Of a stretch of DNA of 64,000 nt, positions 1-11,292 are shown in pieces. The number at the start of each line of letters is the position of its first letter. The first letter of the stretch is position 1. Both the position numbers and the translations under genes were made by a program. The notes beneath the pieces were generated by a model. The model saw only the letters and a program-made list of their open reading frames with translations, did no database searches and was not told the DNA's origin. Where the stretch lies: NCBI GenBank assembly GCA_009691135.1, contig SHVF01000002.1, forward strand, positions 7,067 through 71,066, read 5' to 3'. The DNA is from Candidatus Planktophila sp. (lineage in GTDB: Bacteria > Actinomycetota > Actinomycetes > Nanopelagicales > Nanopelagicaceae).

Positions 1-1420
1 GCTTGCCATTTACTTCAGCAACTAAGTGTTCTGCCGCTACTCGAGTGGTAACAGGTGCGGCAGTTGCAACAAATGCTGGAATTTCGTTGTTAAATTCATT
101 CTCAATATAACTTGTATAAATCTTAAAGTCTTTGGTGTAAGCGGGATCTTCTAAAATAGCGCGATGGAATGGAATCGCTGTTGCTAAACCATCAACTTCA
201 AATTCGGCGAGTGCGCGCCGAGCGCGCTCAATAGCCTGCTCGCGCGTGGCGCCAGTTACGATTAACTTGGCTAGTAGCGAATCAAAGTTGCCACCGATGG
301 TGTCACCGTTTTTAAAGCCGGCATCGATTCGCACACCAGGCCCAGTTGGTAAATTCCATTGTGTAATTCGTCCAGGTGCTGGTAAGAACGAGCGACCTGG
401 GTCTTCACCGTTGATGCGGAACTCAAGTGAGTGGCCTCGAATTTGTGGGTCATCGAATCCCAAACTCTCACCCATGGCAATTCGGAATTGCTCGCGTACT
501 AAATCTATTCCAGTCACTTCTTCACTTACCGGGTGCTCAACTTGCAAACGAGTATTCACTTCTAAAAAGGAGATTGTTCCGTCTAATCCAATTAAGAATT
601 CACAAGTTCCAGCACCGATGTACCCAGCCTCTTTCATAATCGCTTTACTGGAGCGGTATAGCTCTTCATTCTGCGCATCAGTTAAAAAAGGCGCGGGGGC
701 TTCTTCAACCAATTTTTGATGTCGGCGCTGTAATGAGCAATCACGAGTACTAATGACAACTGCGTGCCCATGTTGATCAACTAATACTTGAGTTTCCACA
801 TGACGTGGCTTATCTAGATAGCGCTCGACAAAACATTCACCTCTTCCAAAACCAGCAATGGCCTCACGTACAGCAGAAGCAAATAGTTCAGGGATTTCAT
901 CCATTGTTCGGGCAACTTTTAATCCGCGCCCTCCACCACCAAAAGCTGCCTTAATTGCAACGGGCAGACCATATTCCTTAGCGAATGCGGTGACTTCTTC
1001 ATGGCCTGCAACCGGATCTTTTGTTCCGGCAACGAGCGGTGCACCGGCTTTTGCCGCAATGCGACGAGCAGAAACCTTGTCACCTAATGCACTAATTGCC
1101 GCCGGTGGTGGACCAATCCAAATTAGACCTGCATCAATTACTGCTTGCGCAAAGTCTGCACGCTCTGAAAGGAAACCATAACCAGGGTGGACTGCATCAG
1201 CACCTGAGTCTTTAGCGGCCACAATTATCTTTTTAATATCTAAATATGTTTGAGTCGCAGTAGTTCCATTTAAAGAAAAGGCAAAGTCCGCACTCTTTGT
1301 ATGTATTGCATCGCGATCTTCTTCAGAGTAAACGGCAACGCTTTCAAGCCCGTGATCGCGGCAAGCACGAATAACTCGTACCGCTATCTCACCGCGGTTG
1401 GCAATCAGAACGCGCTTCAT
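1..1420 (-). CDS. accA: Acetyl/propionyl-CoA carboxylase alpha subunit (biotin carboxylase); runs off the left edge
   Basis: Reverse strand from ATG at 1420 reads [15 protein letters not shown], with [15 protein letters not shown] and [10 protein letters not shown] biotin carboxylase motifs. Start overlaps the maf stop (ATGA). Absent from the ORF track because it is truncated. Confidence 0.93.
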   Translation of the reverse strand, partial: MKRVLIANRGEIAVRVIRACRDHGLESVAVYSEEDRDAIHTKSADFAFSLNGTTATQTYLDIKKIIVAAKDSGADAVHPGYGFLSERADFAQAVIDAGLIWIGPPPAAISALGDKVSARRIAAKAGAPLVAGTKDPVAGHEEVTAFAKEYGLPVAIKAAFGGGGRGLKVARTMDEIPELFASAVREAIAGFGRGECFVERYLDKPRHVETQVLVDQHGHAVVISTRDCSLQRRHQKLVEEAPAPFLTDAQNEELYRSSKAIMKEAGYIGAGTCEFLIGLDGTISFLEVNTRLQVEHPVSEEVTGIDLVREQFRIAMGESLGFDDPQIRGHSLEFRINGEDPGRSFLPAPGRITQWNLPTGPGVRIDAGFKNGDTIGGNFDSLLAKLIVTGATREQAIERARRALAEFEVDGLATAIPFHRAILEDPAYTKDFKIYTSYIENEFNNEIPAFVATAAPVTTRVAAEHLVAEVNGK

Positions 1421-2019
1421 CGCATCTCCTTAACTTGAGGCCAAGAATAGCCAAGTTGCGACATGGCAGATCTTAAGAAGGGCATAGATAATCCAACAAC
1501 ATTTGTGTAATCACCTTCGATTACTGGAATAAATGGTGATCCGAATCCATCTAATGTGAAACCGCCCGCTACCTGCAGTGGTTCACCAGATGCGATGTAG
1601 TCATCAATTTCAAGGCTGCTCATTTTGGAAAAAGTAACTTTGGTTGTTACTCGGTCTGCAATCTCGCGACCTTGATCTGTGTCGATTATGCAGTGTCCGG
1701 TATGCAATAGACCGCTGCGTCCACTTATTGCTAGTGCGCGCTCCTTGGCAATCTCAGGCGTTTCGGGCTTTCCAAAAGATATTCCATCAACATCAAATGT
1801 GGAATCGCAACCAATAATTATCGCTGGAAAGTCTATTTGTTCGCGCACAGTGTGCGCCTTGGTTACCGCTAGCGCGATCACCATATCTGCAGGTGTCATT
1901 GTGTTGAAAAATTCAGTTTCTTCATCGACGTGGCTAACCATAACTATTGGTGTGATTCCGGCACCTTCTAGTAAACGGCGACGAGAAGTCGATTGTGAAG
2001 CAAGGACAACTTTAGGCAT
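1417..2019 (-). CDS. maf: Maf family nucleoside triphosphate pyrophosphatase
   Basis: [16 protein letters not shown] and [13 protein letters not shown] motifs; canonical position between the acc genes. Confidence 0.93.
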   Translation of the reverse strand: MPKVVLASQSTSRRRLLEGAGITPIVMVSHVDEETEFFNTMTPADMVIALAVTKAHTVREQIDFPAIIIGCDSTFDVDGISFGKPETPEIAKERALAISGRSGLLHTGHCIIDTDQGREIADRVTTKVTFSKMSSLEIDDYIASGEPLQVAGGFTLDGFGSPFIPVIEGDYTNVVGLSMPFLRSAMSQLGYSWPQVKEMR

Positions 2020-2204
2020 TATTTAAATTTTCTCCGAGCGCCAAAAGTCTTCTGATGTGGCAGTGGTTGGCGAAGTTGTGGAATTCCAAAGAGACTGCGC
2101 TTTATTACAGGCTTTAAATCTTGCACTTTGTGCTGATCCAAAGCTGCCTTTAAAGCTAATAGCTCAACAGGTGTTGGATTGCCAGAGGTAACTGTAAATT
2201 TCAT
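2019..2204 (-). CDS. accE: Acyl-CoA carboxylase epsilon subunit
   Basis: 61 aa with a V.SGNPT.VEL.AL motif, directly after the beta subunit. Confidence 0.75.
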   Translation of the reverse strand: MKFTVTSGNPTPVELLALKAALDQHKVQDLKPVIKRSLFGIPQLRQPLPHQKTFGARRKFK

Positions 2205-3775
2205 TAGAGCGGAATATTTCCATGCTTGCGAGCCGGCAAAGTATCGCGCTTGGTTTTAAGTGTGCGGAAAGCCTTGGTGATATAAGCACGAGATTGGTGC
2301 GGTTCGATAACGCTGTCGATTGTGCCGCGCTCTGCCGCAGCATATGGATTGGAGAGAGTTTCGGTGTAATCAGAGATTAATTTGGAACGTTCTTTTTCTG
2401 GATCTTTCGCATCTGCTAGTTCTTTGCGATACAAAATATTTACCGCACCTTGTGCTCCCATTACTGCGATTTCCGCACTTGGCCAAGCAAAGTTGATATC
2501 GCTACCTAAGTATTTTGATCCCATAACAATAAAGGCGCCGCCATATGCCTTGCGGGTAATTAAAGTTACGAGTGGAACAGATGCTTCTGCATAGGCATAA
2601 AGCAACTTGGCGCCACGACGAATAATTCCGTTCCATTCTTGTTCTATGCCGGGCATAAATCCCGGAACATCTACCAAGGTAAGAATTGGGATATTAAAGG
2701 CATCACAGAAACGAAGGAAACGAGCGGCTTTTTCGCTGGAATTAATATCTAGAGTGCCAGCTAACTGTGAAGGTTGATTAGCAATAATGCCAACTGATTC
2801 GCCTTCAATGCGGGCAAATCCAACAATGATATTAGGAGCATATAAAGCATGAACTTCTAAGAATTCGCCTTCGTCAACTAGTGTTGTAATCAGAGTCTTC
2901 ATGTCATAGGGCTGGTTTGGGCTATCTGGAATTAGATGGTTAAGCGCAGCATCTTGCGCGCTCTCCTCCAAAGTTTGGGTTGGCGGCAGATGGGGAGATG
3001 CATCCATATTGTTGGAAGGTAGATAAGAAAGCAACGCTTTTACATAATCAATTGCATCGGCTTCACTATCTGCCAGATAGTGCGCATTACCTGAGCGAGT
3101 GTTATGGGTTAAAGCACCGCCAAGTTCTTCCATTCCGACATCTTCACCAGTAACTGTCTTGATGACATCGGGACCAGTAATAAACATATGTGAAGTTTCA
3201 TTAACCATAACGGTAAAGTCAGTTAGGGCAGGTGAGTAGGCAGATCCACCCGCACATGGACCAAGGATTAGCGAAATCTGTGGAATAACACCTGATGATC
3301 GAGTATTAAGCCGGAAGATTTTTCCGTAACCGTTAAGGGAGGCGACACCTTCTTGGATGCGAGCTCCGCCAGAATCGTTAATGCCAATTAATGGAATACC
3401 GCTTTTAAGTGCGAACTCAGCGATCTTTACAATTTTTTCGGCGTGAACTTCACCGAGACTGCCGCCCATAACTGTGAAATCTTGTGAATACAGCGCAATA
3501 GGACGTCCATCAACCGTGGCGGTACCGATAACAACGCCATCACCGTAAGGGCGATTATTCTCCATCCCAAATTGTGTGGAACGGTGGCGGGCAAATTCAT
3601 CTATCTCGGTAAAGGAATCAGCATCGACTAGCAAAGCAATTCTTTCGCGCGCAGTTAACTTGCCTTTAGCATGCTGTTTCTCAACTGCTCGGACAGAACC
3701 GGCGTGAACCGCTTCCTGAACACGTAGACGAAGATCTTCAATTTTTCCTGAAGTTGTATGCAGATCTGGGTTCAT
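2204..3775 (-). CDS. pccB: Acyl-CoA (propionyl-CoA) carboxylase beta subunit
   Basis: [25 protein letters not shown] and RKHGNIPL motifs. Confidence 0.96.
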   Translation of the reverse strand: MNPDLHTTSGKIEDLRLRVQEAVHAGSVRAVEKQHAKGKLTARERIALLVDADSFTEIDEFARHRSTQFGMENNRPYGDGVVIGTATVDGRPIALYSQDFTVMGGSLGEVHAEKIVKIAEFALKSGIPLIGINDSGGARIQEGVASLNGYGKIFRLNTRSSGVIPQISLILGPCAGGSAYSPALTDFTVMVNETSHMFITGPDVIKTVTGEDVGMEELGGALTHNTRSGNAHYLADSEADAIDYVKALLSYLPSNNMDASPHLPPTQTLEESAQDAALNHLIPDSPNQPYDMKTLITTLVDEGEFLEVHALYAPNIIVGFARIEGESVGIIANQPSQLAGTLDINSSEKAARFLRFCDAFNIPILTLVDVPGFMPGIEQEWNGIIRRGAKLLYAYAEASVPLVTLITRKAYGGAFIVMGSKYLGSDINFAWPSAEIAVMGAQGAVNILYRKELADAKDPEKERSKLISDYTETLSNPYAAAERGTIDSVIEPHQSRAYITKAFRTLKTKRDTLPARKHGNIPL

Positions 3776-3793
3776 ACCCTTACGGTACTAGGC
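3776..3793. promoter_or_regulatory. Bidirectional leaderless promoter with overlapping -10 boxes for pccB and birA
   Basis: TACGGT (+, 3781-3786) lies 7 nt before GTG 3794; TACCGT (-, 3787-3782) lies 6 nt before ATG 3775. Confidence 0.65.
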
Positions 3794-4558
3794 GTGGGCA
3801 CATCAGCGCCAAGAGCGCCACTAGATAAGACGATCATCGCTTCGCAAGTTTCGCAATACTGGCGGGTAAGCGTGGTTGATCTCACTACTTCTACGCAAAT
3901 TGATCTGGCAGATTTTGCTAGCGCAGGTGTTGCAACAAATGGCGATGTTATCGCTGCCGAATTTCAAAGTTCTGGCCGCGGCAGGTTAGATCGAAAATTT
4001 GATGCGCCTGCAGGTAGCGCCCTTCTCTTTTCTTTTTACATCACGCCAAAGCGCAGCCGCAGTGATTGGGGATTTCTCTCACACCTTGCCGCACTCTGCA
4101 TGTCAGAAATAATCTCCAACGATCTAGATATTGCAGTTTCATTGAAATGGCCAAATGATATTTTAATTGCAGATAAAAAAGTTTGCGGTCTAATTGCGCA
4201 AGCAACAGCAGATGGAGTAATCATTGGGATCGGTTTAAATGTTGGTATGTCTCTTGCAGAAATCCCTGTTGCGACGGCTACTTCACTTGCAATTGCAGAA
4301 TCTGATCAACTAGATCGCAATCAGATACTGATTCAATTTCTTGAGAGATTTAGCCTTAGATTCCTAGACTGGGATACAGGGCGCGACTTCATGGATGAAT
4401 ACTCGAAAGTTTCGGCAACTTTAGGCTGCGATGTTCAAATCGAAGTCGCAGGACGCGAAAATCGGATCGGTTTTGCACAATCGATCACCGCATCAGGTGC
4501 CTTAATCCTTGCTGATGGCTTTGAAGTTAACGTTGGTGATGTGCTTCATCTACGATAG
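3794..4558 (+). CDS. birA: Biotin--[acetyl-CoA-carboxylase] ligase
   Basis: QSSGRGRLDR, LKWPND and KVCGLI motifs. Start moved to GTG 3794 to remove the overlap with pccB. Confidence 0.93.
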   Translation: MGTSAPRAPLDKTIIASQVSQYWRVSVVDLTTSTQIDLADFASAGVATNGDVIAAEFQSSGRGRLDRKFDAPAGSALLFSFYITPKRSRSDWGFLSHLAALCMSEIISNDLDIAVSLKWPNDILIADKKVCGLIAQATADGVIIGIGLNVGMSLAEIPVATATSLAIAESDQLDRNQILIQFLERFSLRFLDWDTGRDFMDEYSKVSATLGCDVQIEVAGRENRIGFAQSITASGALILADGFEVNVGDVLHLR

Positions 4559-4562
4559 CGCT

Positions 4563-5675
4563 GTGAACGAGCGCTTTCCCACAGTTGGCATCATCGGTGC
4601 AGGACAACTCGCTCGCATGACAGTTGCTCCGGCCGCAGCGCTCGGAATAAATTTATTATTATTTGCGCAAAGCTCAGATGATAGCGCAGCACAGATAGCG
4701 CCACACATAGTTGGTGACTACCGAGATTTATCTTCCTTACAAGAATTCGCTGCTAAATGTGATGTCATAACTTTCGAACACGAACTTGTTCCGCTTTCGG
4801 TAATAAAGGGCCTTGAGGCATCTGGAGTGAAAGTTTCGCCCAGTTCGGCCTCGTTCCAATATTCGCAAGATAAGGCAGCAATGCGTCAAAAACTTGCTGC
4901 GTATCCCGCTCCGAAGTGGCGTGTTGTAAAAGATACCAGCGAGCCATTTGAATTCCCATTTATTGCCAAGAAGATTTCAGGTGGCTATGACGGTCGTGGA
5001 GTCTGGAAGATTTCAAATTGTGCCGAACTTGAGGAAGTCTTAAAGGAAAACCCCCAGATCTTGATTGAAGAGTTAATTGACTTTGATTGCGAGATAGCAG
5101 TAATGGTTGCAAGGTCGGCTCATGGACAAGCAACGACTTGGGCTCCAACTCAGACCGTGCAATCTGAGGGAATCTGCACATTAACCATTACACCAGCGCC
5201 AGTTATTTCACATGTTGTCGCTGAAGAAGCGCAGCACTTAGCATTATCTATAGCAAACGATATTTCCCTAATCGGTGTTATGGCAGTTGAATTATTTGTT
5301 AAGGGTGATGCGTTATTTATTAACGAGCTAGCGATGCGCCCACATAATTCTGGTCACTGGACAATTGATGGTTCACGAACCAGCCAGTTTGAACAACACT
5401 TACGTGCGATCTTAGATCTGCCACTCGGTGATCCCGCAATGACTGCTGGATTTGCTGTGATGGCCAATATCTTGGGTGGAGACAAGTCTGATATGTATCG
5501 CCCGTATCTGCACTTGATGGCGCGCAATCCGCAGCTAAAGTTTCACCAATACAAGAAAGAAGTTCGCAAGGGTCGCAAAATTGGCCATGTCACTGCGGTG
5601 GGAGAAAACCTTCTAGAATTAACCGAGATAGCCAAACATGCACGTGACTATATGAGCGGAGAAATAGATGAGTGA
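4563..5675 (+). CDS. purK: N5-carboxyaminoimidazole ribonucleotide synthase
   Basis: [28 protein letters not shown] and GRKIGH motifs; GTG start after TACGAT-N6. Confidence 0.96.
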   Translation: MNERFPTVGIIGAGQLARMTVAPAAALGINLLLFAQSSDDSAAQIAPHIVGDYRDLSSLQEFAAKCDVITFEHELVPLSVIKGLEASGVKVSPSSASFQYSQDKAAMRQKLAAYPAPKWRVVKDTSEPFEFPFIAKKISGGYDGRGVWKISNCAELEEVLKENPQILIEELIDFDCEIAVMVARSAHGQATTWAPTQTVQSEGICTLTITPAPVISHVVAEEAQHLALSIANDISLIGVMAVELFVKGDALFINELAMRPHNSGHWTIDGSRTSQFEQHLRAILDLPLGDPAMTAGFAVMANILGGDKSDMYRPYLHLMARNPQLKFHQYKKEVRKGRKIGHVTAVGENLLELTEIAKHARDYMSGEIDE

Positions 5676-6174
5676 TGTTGCGATCATCATGGGATCAGAT
5701 TCTGATTGGCCCGTAATGGAGGAGGCTGCAAAAGTTCTTGATGCATTTGCAATTTCATATACCGCCGAAGTTCTCTCGGCTCATCGCATGCCACTTGAAA
5801 TGGTTAAATTCGCACAAGCGGCTAAAGCAAATGGATTTAAAGTAATTATCGCTGGCGCCGGCGGTGCCGCTCATCTGCCAGGAATGGTGGCCTCCTTGAC
5901 GACTCTGCCTGTAATTGGCGTGCCGGTACCACTTAAGAATTTAGATGGCATGGATTCACTTCTATCAATAGTTCAGATGCCTGCAGGTATTCCCGTGGCA
6001 ACTGTCGGAGTTGGTAACGCTAAGAATGCTGGACTGCTGGCAGCACGCATCTTGGGAATATCAGATGAAGAGATTTCATTAAAAGTCGAAAACGCCCTAA
6101 AGGAAATTAATGAAGAAGCGAAGACAAAAGGCGCGAATCTAACTGCGCGACGCAACCAGAAGACTGGCTTCTAA
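5668..6174 (+). CDS. purE: N5-CAIR mutase
   Basis: IMGSDSD, SAHR and AGGAAHLPG motifs. Confidence 0.97.
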   Translation: MSDVAIIMGSDSDWPVMEEAAKVLDAFAISYTAEVLSAHRMPLEMVKFAQAAKANGFKVIIAGAGGAAHLPGMVASLTTLPVIGVPVPLKNLDGMDSLLSIVQMPAGIPVATVGVGNAKNAGLLAARILGISDEEISLKVENALKEINEEAKTKGANLTARRNQKTGF

Positions 6175-6200
6175 ATCTTTGCAACATTGCTAATCTCTAG

Positions 6201-7505
6201 TTAGTCAGAGCGACCGAGCGCGTGCACGCGCCAGCCGGCAGCGCGCCATTTATCACGATCAAGTGCGTTGCGACCATCAATTAAGAACTTTGATTTCACC
6301 AACTGTCCGATTACTGAAGGATCTAGTTCGCGATATTCCTTCCACTCGGTTAAGTGGAGAATGGCATCTGCGCCCTTTACGCAATCAACGACTTTCTCTG
6401 CGTAATCCAAGTTAGGAAAACGCTTGCGCGCAGGTTCAATTCCTTTGGGATCGTGAACAACCACAGTTGCACCTGCTGCTTGCAATTGGGCTGAGATATC
6501 AAGTGCTGGGGAATCGCGGACATCATCGCTATCGGGCTTAAATGTTGCGCCAAGAACTGCCATTTTATATTGGGACAAGTCCTCTGATAGGCATGCGCGA
6601 ACCACATCAATCACGCGTTGACGAGCGCGTAGGTTGATGGCATCGATCTCACGCAAGAATTCCAGAGCTTGATCTGCACCAAGTTCTTGAGCCCGTGCCA
6701 TAAACGCGCGAATATCTTTTGGTAGACAGCCGCCACCGAATCCGATACCCGCTTGCAAGAAGCGGCTGCCAATACGTGGGTCATATCCAATTGCCTTAGC
6801 GAGAATGGTGACATCGCCGCCGGCGGCTTCGCAAACTTCAGCCATAGCGTTAATGAAGGAAATCTTTGTCGCCAAGAATGAGTTTGCTGCCACCTTAACG
6901 AGTTCGGCTGTTGGTAGGTCCGCGCGGATCCAGGGAGTCCCCAGATCAATAATTGGCTTGTAGACCTCTTTTAAGATCTTTTCAGCGCGATCATTTACAA
7001 CGCCAACAACTAATCGGTTCGGGGTCAAAGTATCTTCGACCGCAAAACCTTCACGCAAGAATTCGGGGTTCCAAGCAAGGTCGGCATGAGGCGCGGACTC
7101 TGCAAGAAACTCATGAAGTGATTGTGCGGTGCCAACCGGAACAGTTGATTTTCCAACAACAAGTGCGCCATCCTTTAAATAGGGAGCGATTGCGGCAACT
7201 GAAGATTTAACATAAGTCAGATCTGCTGCCAGACCATCTTTACTTTGTGGCGTACCTACGCAAATGAAATGAACATCAGCGCTAGCGGCTGCTGAAAAAT
7301 CAGTGGTAAAAGTTAAGCGACCGGTCTTAATTTCTGCGGCAAGAAGTGTGTCTAAGCCTGGTTCGTAGAATGGTAACTCTCCGCGCGATAACAAGTCGAC
7401 TTTGGTTTTATCGGTATCGATTCCAATGACTTCAAAGCCGAGGGATGACATACATGCAGCGTGGGTAGCACCTAAATAGCCGCAACCAATTACCGAGAGT
7501 TTCAT
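6201..7505 (-). CDS. ugd: UDP-glucose 6-dehydrogenase
   Basis: GCGYLG, NPEFLREG and GFGGGCLPKD motifs. Confidence 0.93.
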   Translation of the reverse strand: MKLSVIGCGYLGATHAACMSSLGFEVIGIDTDKTKVDLLSRGELPFYEPGLDTLLAAEIKTGRLTFTTDFSAAASADVHFICVGTPQSKDGLAADLTYVKSSVAAIAPYLKDGALVVGKSTVPVGTAQSLHEFLAESAPHADLAWNPEFLREGFAVEDTLTPNRLVVGVVNDRAEKILKEVYKPIIDLGTPWIRADLPTAELVKVAANSFLATKISFINAMAEVCEAAGGDVTILAKAIGYDPRIGSRFLQAGIGFGGGCLPKDIRAFMARAQELGADQALEFLREIDAINLRARQRVIDVVRACLSEDLSQYKMAVLGATFKPDSDDVRDSPALDISAQLQAAGATVVVHDPKGIEPARKRFPNLDYAEKVVDCVKGADAILHLTEWKEYRELDPSVIGQLVKSKFLIDGRNALDRDKWRAAGWRVHALGRSD

Positions 7506-7527
7506 GGGTGGGAGTCTATGACACCTT

Positions 7528-8640
7528 CTATTTGATTTCCCCGCACGGATTTTCCGAGGCGGTGCGAGTCTTAAATTTATCTATCAATTCAGGCTTGGCA
7601 GATGCAGTAGTGCTTGCAGAAGGTGAAGGCTTAACCTCATCAACAAGTGCGGCATCATCGCGAATTCGAGTCCATAGATCAGCACTCAAAGTTTTATCCC
7701 AAATTACTACTGAGCCGATGCCCGGTACGTTGCCATTGGCATTTAAAAGTGGAACTGTAAGTGTGCGCACATTTCCAGATGATAAACCGCGCATCTGCTT
7801 TGCCAAATTAAGGAGGTCACCTTTATTTAGATTTTCATCCATTTTTATGGTCGAAATTACGGCGTTCATGAAATTAACCATCTTTATTGGATTAAGCAGC
7901 ACACCGGTACTGGTTGCTTTCTTTAAAACTGAACTCATAAATTGTTGCTGACGTTGCATACGGCCAATGTCGCCGCGCCCGTCAAAAACACGAGTACGAA
8001 CATATTTCAGTGCCTCAATCCCATTTAGCGTATGAGTGCCGGCGTTAAGGACTAAATAGCTCTGCGGGTCATTGATATCAACTTTGGTACAGACTTCAAT
8101 TCCGCCGAGTGCATTAACAATTCCAGCAAAGCCAGCAAAACTGATCTCTACGTAATGATCAATCTTTAAATTAGTTTCTCCTTCAATTGTTTGAATCAGG
8201 AGTGGAGCTCCACCGAAAGAAAATGCGGCATTTAATTTATTTTGGCGATCTGGAACTTGTTTTTTGCCATCGTTACTTAGATGTGCGGGAATAGTAACCA
8301 AACTATCGCGCGGTAGTGATACTAAGTAAGCCTTGCTACGATCCTTGCTGATGTGTACCAGCAGCATTGTGTCTGAGCGTCCACCAGCGGCTGTCTTGGT
8401 AGAACCAACTCGAAGCTCTTTCATTTCTGCCTTGGTTAGACCTTCGCGCGTATCAGAGCCCACCAATAAATAGTTGAGTGCTTTAGATGTTTTTTCAGGA
8501 CGATCTTCGAGTCCGGAAAAGACGTTGATGCGCGCAATTTTGCCGCTCACTTGCCCAAGACCGAACCAAGACGCAGAGGCAAGAACGACAACACCCACAG
8601 ACAGTGATGTAATAATTCGTATCGCGCGAGTCGATTTCAC
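7528..8640 (-). CDS. LCP (LytR-CpsA-Psr) family glycopolymer transferase
   Basis: N-terminal TM segment; LLVGSDTR, RSDTM, SLPRDS and GDIGRMQRQQ motifs. Confidence 0.92.
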   Translation of the reverse strand: MKSTRAIRIITSLSVGVVVLASASWFGLGQVSGKIARINVFSGLEDRPEKTSKALNYLLVGSDTREGLTKAEMKELRVGSTKTAAGGRSDTMLLVHISKDRSKAYLVSLPRDSLVTIPAHLSNDGKKQVPDRQNKLNAAFSFGGAPLLIQTIEGETNLKIDHYVEISFAGFAGIVNALGGIEVCTKVDINDPQSYLVLNAGTHTLNGIEALKYVRTRVFDGRGDIGRMQRQQQFMSSVLKKATSTGVLLNPIKMVNFMNAVISTIKMDENLNKGDLLNLAKQMRGLSSGNVRTLTVPLLNANGNVPGIGSVVIWDKTLSADLWTRIRDDAALVDEVKPSPSASTTASAKPELIDKFKTRTASENPCGEIK

Positions 8641-8676
8641 AGACGAACTCTACTTGGGCGATAGCGTGGAGGGGTT

Positions 8677-9660
8677 ATGTCGACATCATTGGGCGAGTTA
8701 TCTGCCTCACCGGCTATCAGCGTGATCCTTCCAGTCCTGAATGAAGAGCCACATTTAGAAGAATCAGTTTTGGCAATTCTCTCTCAGGATTACCACGGAA
8801 GATTTGAAGTAATTCTCGCCCTTGGGCCTTCGCAAGATCGAACTAACGAAATTGCGAGCTCGCTTGCAGCACGAGATCACCGAGTCAAGTTAGTTACCAA
8901 CCCAACCGGCAAAACGGCAGCGGGATTAAATCTAGCGATTGCTTCATCAAAGAGTTCGGTAATTGTCCGCGTTGATGGTCATGCAAAGATTCCAAGTAAT
9001 TATCTTTCACTCGCTATCGAGATTTTGCAAGAAACTGGTGCTGTAAATGTTGGCGGAGTTATGGCTGCTGAAGGAATTTCTAAATTTGAGAAAGCGGTAG
9101 CTCGTGCGATGCGCAGCCCCCTTGGCGTTGGCGCTTCTCGTTTTCATACTGGTGGCAGCGCTGGCGAAGTAGACACTGTTTATCTTGGAGCTTTTCGACG
9201 AGAGGCTATAATTGCGGCTGGTGGTTTCGATGAGCGATATACGAGAGCGCAAGATTGGGAGCTAAATTATCGCCTGCGTCAAAATGGCGGAGCAATATAC
9301 TTTGATCCCAGACTTCACGTTACTTATCGCCCAAGGCCAAATTTAGTTAAATTAGCTAAACAATATTTTCAATATGGCAAATGGCGGCGAGTGGTTTCAC
9401 GTAGCCATAGCGGAACAATTAACTTGCGCTATTTGGCGCCACCTTCTGCTCTCGTTGGAACACTGATCTCTGTAATTTCTGGACTTTTAATTAACCCAAT
9501 TCTGTATTTGCCAGCAGTGGTTTACGCCGGCTTCGTTTTACTTTCATCGCTCCTAATCGCAAAATCAGTGAGCGAATACTTTTCATTATTGGCGATTATT
9601 CCAACTATGCACTTCGCTTGGGGTGCGGGCTTCATCACCTCAACTAAAACCCTGCGGTAG
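8677..9660 (+). CDS. Family 2 glycosyltransferase (ExoA-like)
   Basis: SVILPVLNEE, RVDGH and GGFDE...QDWE motifs, C-terminal TMs; GGAGG SD. Confidence 0.88.
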   Translation: MSTSLGELSASPAISVILPVLNEEPHLEESVLAILSQDYHGRFEVILALGPSQDRTNEIASSLAARDHRVKLVTNPTGKTAAGLNLAIASSKSSVIVRVDGHAKIPSNYLSLAIEILQETGAVNVGGVMAAEGISKFEKAVARAMRSPLGVGASRFHTGGSAGEVDTVYLGAFRREAIIAAGGFDERYTRAQDWELNYRLRQNGGAIYFDPRLHVTYRPRPNLVKLAKQYFQYGKWRRVVSRSHSGTINLRYLAPPSALVGTLISVISGLLINPILYLPAVVYAGFVLLSSLLIAKSVSEYFSLLAIIPTMHFAWGAGFITSTKTLR

Positions 9661-9671
9661 CCTTTACCTAT

Positions 9672-10499
9672 ATGAGCGCTCCAGTTGCAGTTTACGAACC
9701 ATTTCGTGCCGGTCTGCCGCCACTTGGTGCCTACCTTCGCGCGCTTTGGGCGCGTCGGTCTTTTATCGCTGAGTTTTCACGCTCTGAACTTCGCGAACAG
9801 AACTATGGATCAGTCTTTGGCCAACTTTGGTTAGTGCTTAATCCTCTTTTGCTATCGGGCGTTTACTTTCTTTTGATCTACATCATCGGTGGCCAGAGCG
9901 ATTCAACTAGGTACGGACATCTAACCGCCAGCCTTTTCTTATTTTATTTAGTGAGCAATAGTCTAACTGGCGGAGTCAAGTCAATTACGGCTGGTCAGCG
10001 CTTAATTTTAAATACCGCCTTCCCGCGCATCATGTTGCCAATTTCTGCCATGGTGATTGCGCTCTTTAAATTTGTTCCTACGCTGGCGGTCTTTTTTGTA
10101 ATGCGAACATTCCTGGGGCTAACTTATTCATGGCAGATGTTCTGGGCAATCCCGGTAATTCTGGTAGCACTTTTGATGGGTTTAGGTATGGCAATTTTAA
10201 TTTCCTGCATCAACGTTTACTTCCGAGATATCGCAAGTTTCCTGCCATATATGACGCGTAGCCTCCTATATTTATCGCCAATTCTTTATCAAGCTAGCGA
10301 TCTTTCAAATAAATTAAAAAGTTTTGAAATCGCAAACCCAATTTTTTATCTATTAGATGCCTGGTCGCAAGTTATGGTTTACGCGCAGTCTCCCGATCTA
10401 TTTTCGTTACTGCACAGCCTGGTTTGGGCGCTAGCAATTTTCATTATCGGCACATATTTCTTCTTATCTAGGGAGCGTGATTTCGCTGTCCGCCTCTAA
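9672..10499 (+). CDS. wzm: Polysaccharide/teichoic-acid ABC exporter permease (Wzm/TagG)
   Basis: Y.GS.FG.LW..LNP and YFRD...SPILY motifs; multiple TMs. Confidence 0.87.
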   Translation: MSAPVAVYEPFRAGLPPLGAYLRALWARRSFIAEFSRSELREQNYGSVFGQLWLVLNPLLLSGVYFLLIYIIGGQSDSTRYGHLTASLFLFYLVSNSLTGGVKSITAGQRLILNTAFPRIMLPISAMVIALFKFVPTLAVFFVMRTFLGLTYSWQMFWAIPVILVALLMGLGMAILISCINVYFRDIASFLPYMTRSLLYLSPILYQASDLSNKLKSFEIANPIFYLLDAWSQVMVYAQSPDLFSLLHSLVWALAIFIIGTYFFLSRERDFAVRL

Positions 10500-11292
10500 T
10501 TCACAAAACTCTACTCACGCTGCACATGCACTGGCGGTATCAGTTCAAAACGTTGGACTCACATACACAACTTCTATTGATAAGCGCCCAACGCTAAAGG
10601 CGCGTTTAAAATCACTTGGTCGGGGCAAAAAACACACTAAGGTCATTAATGCACTAAGCGAAGTAAATTTTGACGTTCACTACGGCACGGTGCTCGGCGT
10701 AATTGGTTCAAATGGCGCTGGGAAGTCTTCACTTATGCGCGTTATATCTGGAATCATTCCTCCATCCGAAGGTCGTGTTGAAGTTCATGGTTCGGTCAGC
10801 ACACTTCTTGCTTTGGGCGTTGGGTTTAATCCATCAATGACCGGCCGAGCAAATGTTTACCTAGGTGGGCTCGCTGCCGGAATGTCGCGAGCGGAAATAG
10901 ATCAACAGTTTGAAGAGATAGTAGATTTTTCAGAACTAGGTGATGCCATTGATGCGCCGATGCGTACTTACTCATCGGGTATGTACGCTAGATTGGCATT
11001 TTCGGTTGCCGCGACCGTGCAACCAGATATTTTAATTGTTGATGAAGCCCTCAGTACCGGTGATGCTCATTTCAAAGAGAAGAGCCTCAACCGAATCAAA
11101 GAACTGCGCACGGCAGACCGTGCTTTGATATTGGTCAGTCACGCTATGGCAACGATCGAAGATGTCTGTAACGAAGTTGCTTGGTTGCATAAAGGAAAGT
11201 TGATAGCGCGCGGGAATCCTGCAGAAGTAATCAAGCAATATCGTGAATTTACAAACACTGGAAAGAGCTCGGCTGCAAATGAGGATGTATAA
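10477..11292 (+). CDS. wzt: Polysaccharide ABC exporter ATPase (Wzt/TagH) without a C-terminal carbohydrate-binding domain
   Basis: GSNGAGKS, TYSSGM and ILIVDEALSTGD motifs. Confidence 0.9.
   Translation: MISLSASNSQNSTHAAHALAVSVQNVGLTYTTSIDKRPTLKARLKSLGRGKKHTKVINALSEVNFDVHYGTVLGVIGSNGAGKSSLMRVISGIIPPSEGRVEVHGSVSTLLALGVGFNPSMTGRANVYLGGLAAGMSRAEIDQQFEEIVDFSELGDAIDAPMRTYSSGMYARLAFSVAATVQPDILIVDEALSTGDAHFKEKSLNRIKELRTADRALILVSHAMATIEDVCNEVAWLHKGKLIARGNPAEVIKQYREFTNTGKSSAANEDV

Noticed and set aside
246-1181. Plus-strand ORFs 246..719, 427..639 and 858..1181
   Set aside because: Antisense shadows of the accA biotin carboxylase. The many other short ORFs nested in recognised genes were rejected for the same reason.
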